Assembly (NCBI GenBank): GCA_043228905.1
Contig: JBHGNT010000013.1
Location: 15,562,001-15,626,000, forward strand
Length of the DNA: 64,000 nucleotides
Source: Azolla caroliniana
Lineage: Eukaryota > Plantae > Polypodiophyta
Direction of reading: 5' to 3'
Both the position numbers and the translations under genes were made by a program. The notes beneath the pieces were generated by a model, which was not told where the DNA came from, did not search any database, and saw only the letters and a program-made list of their open reading frames with translations. Positions 9,085-21,309 of this stretch are shown piece after piece. Position 1 is the stretch's first letter. Each line of letters starts with the position of its first letter.

Positions 9085-11642
9085 GAACGCGAACGTGTTA
9101 GTGCCTTCTTGGTAACAGTTCGAGCATCTGGGATACTTCGCCATTGAAAACACTATAATGAAGCTGTTTGAAAGGATCAGACCTATGCAAAAAACTCTTT
9201 ACAGTCTCCGAATCCTCGGGCAGTTCCATTTCCTTCCCTTTGGTCATTCTCTTCTCATATTTCGCACGTTCTAAGTGCGTGATGAAGGCCGCTGGAATAC
9301 CGTCATTATTGTCGTTGTTCTTTTTCGATTTTGATGGTTTCTGCAAGTGTCATTGTTGTTAGCAGGGAACATTAATTTCTAACATATCAACATTCAAAAG
9401 ACACATACCCATTCTCTAAATACAATAAAATATTCCTCCAATGCCTTGTAGGAAGAAGTTATCGGGCAGGCTTGTTCAACTTCTTCCCATGTCGGTAAAC
9501 TCAGTTTTTGCATCATCAACTCCTGAATCTTCATGCATACCTTGTGACTGCACAATCAATATGAAATTAGAAATAAGATATTCAAAATAATTGAAGACTT
9601 TCATGAAAAGGTATACTATAAACACTTACTTTTGCAAGTCTGTTACCATCTTGTCCAAACTAAATTCCTTGGCGACCACTTGAGATAGCACGGATATTAA
9701 CAATCTATCATCTTTGATACCTTGTAATGATCTCCAAGGTAAAAGTTTCATGTCCTCTGCTAACTCCTCGATTACCAAGTCGCTTTTTCCCTTGGTCTTT
9801 GATTTCATCTCAACTTGTGGATCAATTCTTCCCTTTTTTTATCTTTGCCCCTTGACTTCTTTCCGCTCCCACATAGAGAATATTTTGTCTTGGAGATCCC
9901 ACACCTCTCCGGTCCGAAAAGCTAGTTGAAACCAAGAATCATATTTTCGGAGACCTTCGGATTTGGTACTCTCATCCACTGCAATCCCTACTTCCAATAA
10001 ACACTGGCGTCGCAATCCAGGCCACAATCTTGGACCAAAACGATTCAAGGCATCCAAGTATTCATGATGAAAAAATCTTATCCTCTCTATACATGACATC
10101 TTTTGCCTATAATCGTTGTCATTGTTATGGTCCCATGCGAGCAGCTTCGTCTCCTCGTGAGTTAGTCCTGCATATACCTTACATTCGGCGTACTTGAAGA
10201 ACGGCGTGAGAGGATATTCTTTGACAAGCTGTCGTCGAGCTTCGGCCGAATGTGATCCTCCGATTACATAGTATGTGTAATCGTCTGTAGAGCTATACTT
10301 GAAATCTGCTACTGTTGGGCATTGTTCTTGATCAACCATTACCAAAAATGGCACCACAGTAGCGTGAGGATTGATTTTCATTTTGCTTTTCAGGTTTTGC
10401 ACATGGACGGAGTGCGGCTCCCTAATTTCCAAGGGCCGTCTTCCAGTCACGAGGTCAATGGGGGGCCTTTGGATAGAAGTAATGGGCAAATGAAATAGCT
10501 GGCCCCTGTGCACAAGTTTAGTCTTCACAATATTTTCTCTTATTTTATTTTGTTCTGATGTCAGGACACCAGAAGATAGTTGTCCGCCTGGAGCCACGAC
10601 GTCGACTTGTTGGTCGTCTTCTTCTTCCACGAACTCTAATATTTCTTCTTCTTCTTCTTCGGGTCGTGGTCGTTTAGTATATTTCTTTTGAACAGGATTT
10701 GTCTTCCTAGACTTTTTCGGTGGAGTTTCTGCTTCACCGGTCATCATCTCTCCTGTCACGTACGGCCGAAGAGCTACCGACAAGTTATTTTTCGTTTGCA
10801 GGTCTTTACGCAAAGCCTTGGGATTGCAAGATTCGGGTACTAGGTTTCCCTCATCAAGTCGCAATCGCCTGTTGCCAACTGAGCTCGAGATGTCGATTAA
10901 AATACATGTAGAATCAATGTCTTCGTACTCTAGCTTGGTTACATGCCCGTAATTAAATGTTTTTCCAAGCTGAAGTTTCCCTTCCCCGTCCGATTTTGCC
11001 GTTATCAATAACAACACCCCATCCTCCTCGACATAAGAGAGACACCATTCAAGTTCGGGGTAATCCTTATATTTCACGTCAACCGTTTTCTCCTCTTGCG
11101 TACTACCTTTGTTGATTTTGGTAGTAGCCACAGATGACTTGGATCCTCCTTCCCCCGTTGAGTCAAATAAAATCTTTTTACTCATGTCCTTGATAAAGGA
11201 GCCAGATTCTCATTTTGTCGGAGATCGAATCTTCAATCTAAATGAAGGAACTTTTTGTCTGGTTTCACTGAAATTAAAAACGTTGGTGAAAACATAGAAA
11301 CAACGTACAATTTTATCTAAATCACGCAAATTATCATTTAAATTACGTCAATTTTATGGTCCCATGCGATAGTTTTTTATCGCAAAAACAACATTGTTTT
11401 CAACCAAAATCCGATGCAGTGCATCAGATTTGCGTTGAAAGGCAGGACCTTCAACCAAAATCCAATGCACTGCATCGGATTTTGGTTGAAGGTCCTGCCT
11501 TTCAAAATTGCTTTCCAAGTTCATTGTACAAAATAAAATAAAATTTCTATGTGTTGAGGAAAGGAATCTTTAAGGAATCTTTAGGAATCTTAAAAAATGT
11601 AAAGAATATTACTAACCTGATGATTTTCTTTCCCTTGTTCAT
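9085..11642 (-). pseudogene. ParB-like/MTase gene, copy 2: premature stops, truncated just before MTase motif IV
   Basis: Exons 11642-11617, 11267-9630, 9547-9409 (139 nt, as in copy 1) and 9340-~9085 share intron positions and phases with copy 1. In-frame TGA at 11212-11210 and TAA at 9841-9839 (CAA in copy 1). Homology ends after VFNGEVSQMLELLPRRH. Confidence 0.88.
11399..11505. repeat. Two palindromes AATCCGATGCA-[G/C]-TGCATCGGATT, 51 bp apart, in intron 1 of copy 2
   Basis: Centres at 11419 and 11470, each with one mismatch. The second lies in a 71-bp inverted repeat at 11435-11505. Confidence 0.92.
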
Positions 11643-11758
11643 GGTTCGTGCCGGAGGTAGTGCTGTCGACGATGTGCTTCTGAGTGCTCGAAAATTGGCC
11701 TGTGCTCTGAGCTCGATGGATTCTTTCACGTGATAATGAAAATGAAATTTCTAACCTC

Positions 11759-11767
11759 CTTATATAG
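11759..11767 (-). promoter_or_regulatory. TATA box of the ParB-like gene (copy 2)
   Basis: CTATATAAG on the minus strand, ~120 bp upstream of ATG 11642. Confidence 0.55.
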
Positions 11768-11939
11768 AAGACTTTAGCATTCCTTTTAAAATAAAAAATA
11801 ATTTTTAATTATTTGTTTTTTAGGAAAATTTCGGAAAATAATATAGTTAATCTAAGTGTTCGGGTAGTTATATAGTTAGGCTTTAGCATTCCTTAATTTT
11901 CTCAAAAGAAGGTTTTAGAATACAGTTAGACTCCCTCAA

Positions 11940-14587
11940 ATGTCTTCTTCTACAAGTAGAACATCTCTTTTTTCTATTGCCCCCTTTTCATTATCAGACA
12001 ACTCGTATTTCTCAATAGAAGAGTACGACCACAAAAAACATTCGCGGCTTAAACAGAAAAGTGTGGCTCCTAGTACTTCGAATTCTCTGTTTTCAATTGA
12101 TCTTGTTGATGGCTCTCTTCATGCAAGCTTACAAGCGGACAATTCTTCGTCGATAGATAATAATAGCATTACTAAACCTCTAGCATTTAAAAGAGTTCCT
12201 CGACAAGTTAGTGAAAAGAGATTTAATTTCTTATGTTCTAATCGTCAACTTCTATGCGACTTGAACAAATCGTGTTGTGTGAATCTCTGTCTATCAACTT
12301 ATGGAAAGTCAAGGTTACGTGAAACACGACAAAAATACTTGTCGCTTAATGGGGAAGAGCAAGATACATTTCTTCTTGCGCATATGCAACTTAAATTGGA
12401 TCACAAAGCAGGGCCTAATTCAACGCAAGTTGAATATTTCCTTGGACTAAATACCAAGTGTTGTCGAGCAGCTTTTAAAATCACTCATAACATTGGAAAT
12501 ATGCGGCTACAACGAGTTCAAGAGCGACTTCTGAAGGGCTCCTGGGTACAGTTCGATCAAAATGGTTCTGGATGTAAGGGTCAAATTGGGCAACAGGCAA
12601 TTAGGTGGATGGAGGTATATTTTTCAAAACAGTGCGAAGTTATGCCAACGACAGGAAGACTTCATTTGTCAGATAACTTTACTCGAAGGGAAGTTTACCA
12701 ATCGTACAAGGACGACATGTCTTCTGATGTTGAGCCTTACATACAGTACATGCATTTTAATCGACTATGGAGGTTACAATTTAATAACGTGGTTATCCCA
12801 CGAAAGGTGCGAGTTTAAAAAGTATGGCCAAGGGTGGAAAATCAGATGTAGAGATCAAGAATTACAAGAACCTGTTAAAAGGACATTGTGAAAGTCAGGC
12901 ATTGGAACGTACTAAGGCTATGCATCACCGACAAAAAGCGTTTCAATCTCCCGAAAAGTATATGTGCATGATTATTGATGGCATGGATCAAAAGAAAACT
13001 TGTTTACCGCATTTTCAAAGACTCCCCAAGGATATTGGAGATGAGTGTCTCGTGCAAATGCATCTAGTGGGTTGTTTGACATATTGTCAAACTATAAGAT
13101 CGCAAGTGTTCTTAACTTATCCCAATATCCACAACGACCCTAATCTTACTGTCACTGTCATGCATAGGGTATTGCAATCATGGTCAGGTATACTCCCGCC
13201 AGTTCTATATGTGCAACTAGACAACACAGCAAGAGAGAATAAGAACTCAACTGTCTTCGGCTATCTAAGCATGCTAGTAGAGAGGGGCATATTTAAAAAG
13301 ATAAAGGTTAACTTCTTGTTGGTTGGTCATACCCATGATCACATAAATCAAATGTTCAGTAGGTTCTCAAAGAAACTTGCTCGCTGCAATGCTTTCACAC
13401 TTCCCACGCTATCCAAATTGATTAGTGAAGCATATACACCAAAGCCTGAAGTACAACACTTGGAAGAAGTATACGACTTTAAACGTTTCTGCATGGATAG
13501 TGACGGGACTAAAGGTAGGGTGCTTGCACCTCTTAATAATATAAGTTTCAACCATGTCTTCCTCATAAAACAAAGATCGGCCCACCTGAAGATGATGGTG
13601 TTGTTTGCGAAACAATACTCATCTAGTGCACAATGGGAGCCCCAAGAAGGTTGTAGGCTCCTTCTTCATATCCCAGATGAACCTCTACATGGTGCACAAC
13701 AAATGCCATATGATGATCGTAAAAATGTAGCACCAAATAGTACTATTGATGAACAAAGGGCATATTGGTTGAGATGTCTAGCAGAGAAACAAAATAATAT
13801 TGATCGGACTAAGAAGTATGCCGGTGATGAGGATGTTGAATGGTGGGAGATTTTCTTCACCAATCAACGCACCATTTTAGATAATTACATCGCCGGTTTA
13901 TGGCCAATCCATATCCCATTCACATGGAACATTGGGATGACATCAACGATATCGCAGACTCATCACCAACAATCGAATAATATGGAGCTTCATGATTTAG
14001 TTCAGCCACTGCAAAGAGATATTTATGTGGGACCAAGAAAGTCACGTACTGTTGAGGCAAGATGGCAAGGTAATTTGCAAGAACTACAAGTGGGAATGTT
14101 GGTTGCAACATTAGCAGGGGACGATACCTTGGGCCATCCATTTTGGATTGCAAAAATTATTGAATTAGTAAGGGATGAAGAAAGTAGTCAGACAAAGTCA
14201 ATAGTAGTCCACTGGTATCAGACAAATTCACCTGATGCATTTACAGGAAAGTATTCTTTAGAGATGGTTAAGGATGTCGGATGTTCAAGCAGAAAGAGAA
14301 GAAGAAAGAATATACCAAGCACGGCTACTCTCGCACTAGACCGTGTTGACATACTAGTATATGACTTCTCATTGACAAAATCAGGTCATCTAAGACAAGC
14401 AACTATCAAGATAATAAAGGAGAAAATCCCAAACATGGTGTCAAACGAAATACAGAGAATAACCAGAAGCAATTCTCATAACCACAAAGATGTTGGGTTG
14501 GAATTGGATGAGGATAATGCTTTGATTGCCACTGATGATGAGGATGAGACGTCAGAATGCTCTTCTAGTCCATCAGACATGTCTTAA
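11940..14587 (+). pseudogene. Sola1/DUF7869-like transposase, copy 2, frameshifted at ~12812
   Basis: ORFs 11940-12818 and 12824-14587 together match the single ORF of copy 1. Motifs DGMDQKKTCLP, DNTARENKN and GHTHDHINQ (D>N relative to copy 1). Confidence 0.88.
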
Positions 14588-14899
14588 TATATTGGTTTGG
14601 TTCAAGCTGGGGATTGTTTTACTACATGATCGGAAACTTTGTAAATTTGTTTTGGATGTAAACTCACGAATATGTATAATTGTAACTGGTAGACATGTTG
14701 TACATTATTTTGTAATTTTGGTGATGTATTTTTGGAGGCATTTTACTTATGCCTCAAAGCGGTAGTCATGTTGAAATTCAATATATTTTGCCACCTTTTC
14801 TGAAAAGCTTTACGCATGCGTCGTGTCTTTTTGAAAACTGCGTGCTTTTGTGCCCTTTTTCGACGTAGTGTTCTCATAATGCGACATATTACCTGTTTC

Positions 14900-15184
14900 A
14901 AATGACCCGGTGTTTTGTGTCTATCATGTCCTGAGCCGTGTTCTCATCTCCGTTCTAATCTGGTTTTGTGTGTATCCATGCGTGTGGTCTCGTGAGCTCG
15001 TTGTTTGCGGCTATCGGTCCGGAGCAACATTTGTCTCTAAGCCGAGCACTCACCAAGAATCGATCCGGACCGGATACATGTCTGGGAACTGATTCGGATA
15101 ACCTTCCCTCTATCGCCGGCTCCTTGGTCTGAGACCCCGGTGGTCCCGCCTCGATTCAACACATACCCGCGGAAGATCGCGACA
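14900..15184. mobile_element. LTR fragment related to the 30016-34838 LTRs (inverted)
   Basis: GAGACCCCGGTGGTCCCGCC and terminal CGCGACA match the reverse complement of TGTCGCG...GGCGGGACCACGGGGGTCT. Left boundary uncertain. Confidence 0.4.
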
Positions 15185-15799
15185 ATGTCAGAATGTTATC
15201 GTCTTAAGACATCAGCGTTGCAAGTTATTCTTTTGTCATGATGATCATATTGCCTCTTCTAAGGTACTAGTCATCCTGAGATATGTTGATATGGGATGTC
15301 AGTGGTAGGTTGACTGTGTCTTGATCATACCTTGTATTTCTTACTCCTTGTTAATATACGTTTGAGTCCTTTTATTTTCCTATCTATCTTGTGTCTCTTC
15401 TTTCCTCTTTCACATACACATAACACACATCTCTAATCTATTCCGCATAACATAATTACTCTAGCTAATTATTTACATGGTATTAGAGCACGTGGTTTAG
15501 CATATCCACTAAGCCCACCCAACTTATAGTGATTGTGTGTTCGATACACCGATGGCAAATCCGACTATCTGTTATCATAGTGCCACTACATAGCTCGTGT
15601 CTAAGGAAGACGAAGAAGAAGGAAATCTTTATTGACATAATGAATACTCAAATACGGAGCTCTCTCCCTAGCAAGAAGTTGGACCGAAACAACTTTACAT
15701 CTTGGGAGTACAAGATGCACCAATACCTTGTCAACCAAGGTTATTGAAGCTACATCAAAGGAGCTCAAGAAAACAAACCCGACCCAACATGGGAGCAAG

Positions 15800-17661
15800 T
15801 GTCATAGACGTAGATGAGGGCAAGGACAAGTAGGCGAGCTCAATATTAACAAAGAGAGAAAGATAGATATATAGATAGAGAGGAGCATAGACAAGAGAAC
15901 AAGAGAGAGAGAGGGTAGACAAAAGACCGAGAACTTAATTATGCTTCCGTAACTGGTGTTGTTCACCTTGATTGTAATCAAGGTGCACCAAAGTATTTAT
16001 ACAAGAATGTGGTGGTATGCATGTAAGCTAGGAAACATCTAGAGAATGCATGGAAACTTCTAGAGAGTGCATGTCTATGCATTCTCTAGAAGTTTCTTGA
16101 AAGTTCTAGTGATTAACTTACAATGTAATAAGTTGAAACTTATACAATACAATAATGCATAGATGGAATGTACCTCCATTGGTAAGATTTCCCAATAAGA
16201 CCAAGAGGTCATGGGTATAATGTCGTGTCTATGACATTATCCTCCCTCTAAGGCCGCCTCCCGGGACTCGCGGCTGGCTTATGTGGGTATCGTTGATGAA
16301 AAGCGTGAATGGCCTCCGGAGCATTTTGTAAATGTGTAACTGGTGTCCAAAATGGGGTAACCTTTCCATAAGACCAAATATTGGAGCTATCGACGCCGAT
16401 ATCGAGAGTCGAGGATTTGGTCAACCTCATATTCTTCGCCGTCGACAATTCCACAGGTGGCGGTGGAGGAGGGTGTCGTCCTGGAATTCGAGAAGGATGG
16501 TAGAGTTCGAGGAGGAAAACGTGAAAAACATCGTGAATACTGAATGTTGGAGGAATTGCTAACCAGAAGGTGACTGGGTTGATCCGCTCGATGATACAAA
16601 AGGGGCCTAGTCTTTTGTAGTCCAATTTTGCACAAGGACGTGTGGTGGCAATGTGACGACGTAACAACCAAACCATGTCCCCGATTACAAACGTTGGTGT
16701 AGCTAAGTGATATCGGTCTACTTGATCTTTATAGTGGTCACCAACAACACAGTGCTCCAAGGAGAGGTCATAATGGACATCGTGTAAAGCGCGGACACGC
16801 GTCTTTGCCGAAGGATTGACCGAAGTTGCAGGTATGGAAATGCTGAAATGAGGGTGAAATGCATAGTTTGCAAAGAAGGGGGAAACCTTAGTCGAAGCAT
16901 GGATACTATTATTGTAAGCAAATTCCACCATTGCAAGGAAGTTCACCCAATCCTCCTGTTGGTAGCTCACGGTAAACTGAAGGTATTGTTCGAGAATTTG
17001 GTTGACTCGCTCCGTTTGTCCATCAGTTTGAGGATGGTATGTTGAGGACAAGTTAACAAAAGTCCCGAATGTTTGTAGAAGTCGTCGCCAAAAGTGGGAA
17101 ATGAACTGAGAACCTCGATCAGAGGTGATATCCTCGGGTAAGTCGTATAATCGAACAACATTTTAAAGAAAAAGATCAGTTGTCTTTTCCCCGGAAATGG
17201 TTTTGGAACATGGAACAAAGTGAGTCATCTTCGAAAACCAATCGACAATGTCATGTCCACCAACCAGAGAGAGGACGGTAATAAAGTCCATGGATAGAGA
17301 GACCCATGGTCGACGTGGAATGGGGAGCGGGTGGAGAAGACTGTTGAGAGATCAAGCTCAATTTAGTTTAGGTAGTTAGTCAACAATGTAACTTCGTAGT
17401 TACCTAGATAGACTCTAGTTAGAAGCGTTGACTATAACGCCTTAAATAGGATCTTGTACTTAAGTGGGATATTCTAGATCCTCCACTCCCAAGTACATTT
17501 AATATAGGACTTACACCTTTGTACCTATATTATCCTCACACGTGTGCACCCTTGCACATGAGATCTATATATACCTCATTGTAGGTATTTTTGTTTTTGA
17601 TAATGTTGATGCTAATTTAATATATAGTTACTCATCCCCCATCTTGTATTGTTAATAAGTG

Positions 17662-17697
<36 letters not shown>

Positions 17698-20600
17698 TCT
17701 CTCACACATACACACACATATCACATAATCTTCCGCACTTAACTCAATCACATAATTAGGTACTAATTAACTCATAATTACTTACCTAATTCTTAACATG
17801 GTTTCAGAGCATGTGGTTTAGAAAATCCACTAAGCCCACCCGACTCCGTGATTGTGTGTTCGAGATGCCGACGACAAAATCTAGCTATCCGCTACCGTAG
17901 TGCCGCTACGTAGCACGTATACATGATCAAAGGAAGAAAACCAAAAAGAGAAGACACTAATCAACATGAACACACAAATGGGTATCTCGCTCCCTAGTGA
18001 AGCGCTAGACCGGAGCAATTATTTATCTTGAGAGTACAAGATGACCCAATACCTCGTCGGACAAGGGTATTTGAGCTACATCAACGGTGCTCAAGAAAAT
18101 CGACCCGACTTGAAAAATGCCAACTATCCAACATGGGAGCAAGCGGCGAGTCAAGCCATGTATTGCTTGGCAACATGTGTCCACGACCACATGCTTAGCC
18201 ACATTCGAGATGCCAAGACACCCAAAGAGAGGTGGGAGAACTTAGAGAAAATGTTCGCCGCCAACACGACCGCTTGAAAGCTTCAACTCTGACAAGAGTT
18301 GAACAACATTCGGCAAAAAGACATGTCCGTGTCGGACTACACCGCCAAGATCAAAAGCATTTGCGACTCTCTTGGGTCCATCAAAATAAACGTCGACGAA
18401 GACGAGATGGTTCAAGTATGCTCGGGCGGCCTCGCACAACGGTTCGATCCATTACAGACGACAATCTTGGCGAGAGAAAACCCTCCATCATTCTTCAACC
18501 CCCACCAATCAATGCTATTGGTCAAAGAGAACCACGTCCGAACCAAAAGCAAGACGTTGGAAGGACAAATGTTCTTCTCGAATTCGGACAGTAGCCGAGG
18601 AGGAGGTCATGGTGGTAGAAGAGGTCAATTCGACCCATCACGCGAAGGGAACTCAAACCTTCACGGAAGCCATCGAGGAACCTTCGGAAGAAGGGGGAGC
18701 TTCCACGTCGAACATGGTCGGCAAATGAGACCCGCAACTTGCAATTATTGCGGCAAAATCGGTCACTACGAGGCGGAGTGTCGGAAAAAGAGAAGTGAGT
18801 CGGCTTCAACAAGTCGACACCTCACAAACTACGCATCGAACTCCGACCACGACAAACGTAGCGGAATGTTCACGAATTGCGCATCGAAATCCGCTTAGAC
18901 GATCATAGTGAAATGTATAAAATTACGCCCCAAATTCCAACTACGGCAACCATGGCGGAATGTTCGTAATGAGGCATAGAGCGAACTCTATGATGGCCTC
19001 CAACTCCGCAAGCACCTCCAACTCGGAAGACGTGTGGTTCGTTGATTCTGGTGCCTCACATCACATAACATCTCACGAAGAGTGGTTTCGTGATTTATGA
19101 ACGCTGGATCGACCCGACTTCATAGAGACGAGAGACGACACCACGCACCCCATTCGGCACATCGGCCATGTCCCATTCGAGAAAGAAGGCAAGCAAACTT
19201 GCATCAAGATTGTCTTGCACGTGCCCACAATAACGAAGAATTTGGTCTCGGTCGGCCAAATCGTGGAGGAAGGCATGTAAGTCCGCTTCAACAACGAAGG
19301 TTGTTTCATTGAGAAAGATGGCCGACTCATAGCTAAGGGGTGGAGAGACGGCCAAATGTTCATCCTCGATTCGAACGAGGTGAAATCAGTAATGTACGCC
19401 AAAGGTCTCAAAATCAAGACAAGTATCGAGTTGTAGCATAAGAGAATTGGCCACATAAACCTCCAACGGCTACGAGCAATGCAAACCAAGGGAGTCATCA
19501 TCGGACTTCCGACATTCGAGTCGACCGAGTATGCGAAGCGTGTCAACTCGGCAAACAACATCGACTCCCATTCCCGAAGGAGAGCTCCGCAAGCAAAGGC
19601 CTCCTCGACGTCGTACACTTGGATGTATGGGGACCGGCTCAAACGCCAACGATCGGCGGATGCCGATACTACGTAACCTTCATCAACGACCACTCGCGCT
19701 ATGCGTGGATCTACCTGATGAAGAAGAAGAGCGAAGTGTTCTCCCACTTCCAAAAGCTAAACGGGCAAGTCGAAAAAGAAACCGGTTGGCACATTCGATG
19801 CCTACGATCGGATGGAGGCAAGGAGTACTTCTCCGATAAATTCACCTCCTACCTCCAAAGTGAAGGCATTTGAAGAGAATTCTCGTGCCGACACGCACCC
19901 CAACAAAATGGAGTGGCCGAAAGGAAGAATCGACAAATACTCGAGGTAGCACACGCCATGATGCATGAGAAGCATATGCCGAACTTCTATTGGGCCGAAG
20001 CGGCATCCACGACCGTCTATCTCATGAACCGGTGCACCACCAATGGAGTCCATGAGCTAACTCCCTACGAGCTCCTCGTCGGAAGGAAGCCGATACTGTC
20101 GCACCTCAAGGTGTTCGGAAGCATTGCAAATGTACGCATCCCGAACGAACAACAATAGAAGCCCGACGCGAAGTTGGAGGAATGTATCCTCATAGGATAC
20201 TCATCCGAGAAGAAAGCATACAAGTGCTACAACCCTTCTACCCGAGTGGTTTGGGTAAGTCGAGACGTAGTCTTCGACGAGTCTGCATCCTGGTATGCAC
20301 CAGAGATAACTTCGACTCCGACTACGCTCAACCTGGAATTCGCCAAACAAGAGGTAGAAGATGGAGATAGCTTCAAACACATGTTCGAAGAAAGTCTGAT
20401 TATGGCAAGGCCTAGTGGGCCACAAGAGCCCCCACGCGGCCCAAGAACGTTGTGGCCAAGTACGAACTTGGACAAAGGCAAAGGTAAGATGCCCGAATAT
20501 GAAGTCGACCACCCCGACGACAATGATTCGGATGGATCGACTCTCTCACTAGACAGTGAGTTCGGTGTACCCATCATGCGTACACCCGAAGTAAAGAAGG

Positions 20601-21252
20601 CGCTCACATCGGCGAGCGAAAAACTTCGACGCTAATCTAGAGAGAAGAATTCCGTCACTCGGCTTGGCTACGAGTATATGGCCCATCATTACACATTCAC
20701 GATGAAGGTAGCGGCCGAACAAGAGCCCAAGAGCTCCACCGAAGCGGCTCATAACCCACGATGGGTGGAAGTAGTTGATCTTCGCCCACACACTCCAAGC
20801 CTTCGTTACCGGCTTGAGGGGGAGGAACCGAGATTGCCACGACGAAGAAAGCCGAAGGCCGGTCGGAAGCACACAAAGCCGACGAAAGCCAAAGCGGATG
20901 TCAGACACCTCACACTTGAGCTTGAGGGGGCGTATTGAGAGATCAAGCTCAATTTTGTTTAGTTAGTTAGTCAACAATGTAACTTCGTAGTTACCTAGAT
21001 AGAATCTAGTTAGAAGTGTTGACTATAACGCCTTAAATAGGATCTTGTACTTAAGTGGAATATTCTAGATCCTCCACTCCCAAGTACATTTAATATAGGA
21101 CTTACACCTTTGTACCTATATTATCCTCACACATGTGCACCCTTGCACATGAGATCTATATATACTTCATTGTAGGTATTTTTGTTTTTGATGATGTTGA
21201 TGCTAATTTAATATATAGTTACTCATCCCCCATCTTGTATTGTTAATAAGTG

Positions 21253-21309
<57 letters not shown>

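Larger units (their letters stand above)
9085..14900. mobile_element. DNA transposon copy 2 (inverted relative to copy 1, decayed)
   Basis: ParB-like pseudogene (-) and transposase pseudogene (+) in the same divergent arrangement as copy 1. Ends are approximate. Confidence 0.75.

Noticed and set aside
12805-12826. Programmed -1 frameshift at TTTAAAA
   Set aside because: Copy 1 is continuous and has 25 extra nt encoding CxxC here, so a deletion is the simpler explanation.
1-14587. Bacterial or phage contamination explaining ParB/MTase
   Set aside because: The gene has conserved GT-AG introns and TATA boxes, and plant LTR insertions are contiguous with it.
14590-14910. Terminal inverted repeats of transposon copy 2
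   Set aside because: No convincing reverse-complement match was found by eye in 7591-9085.
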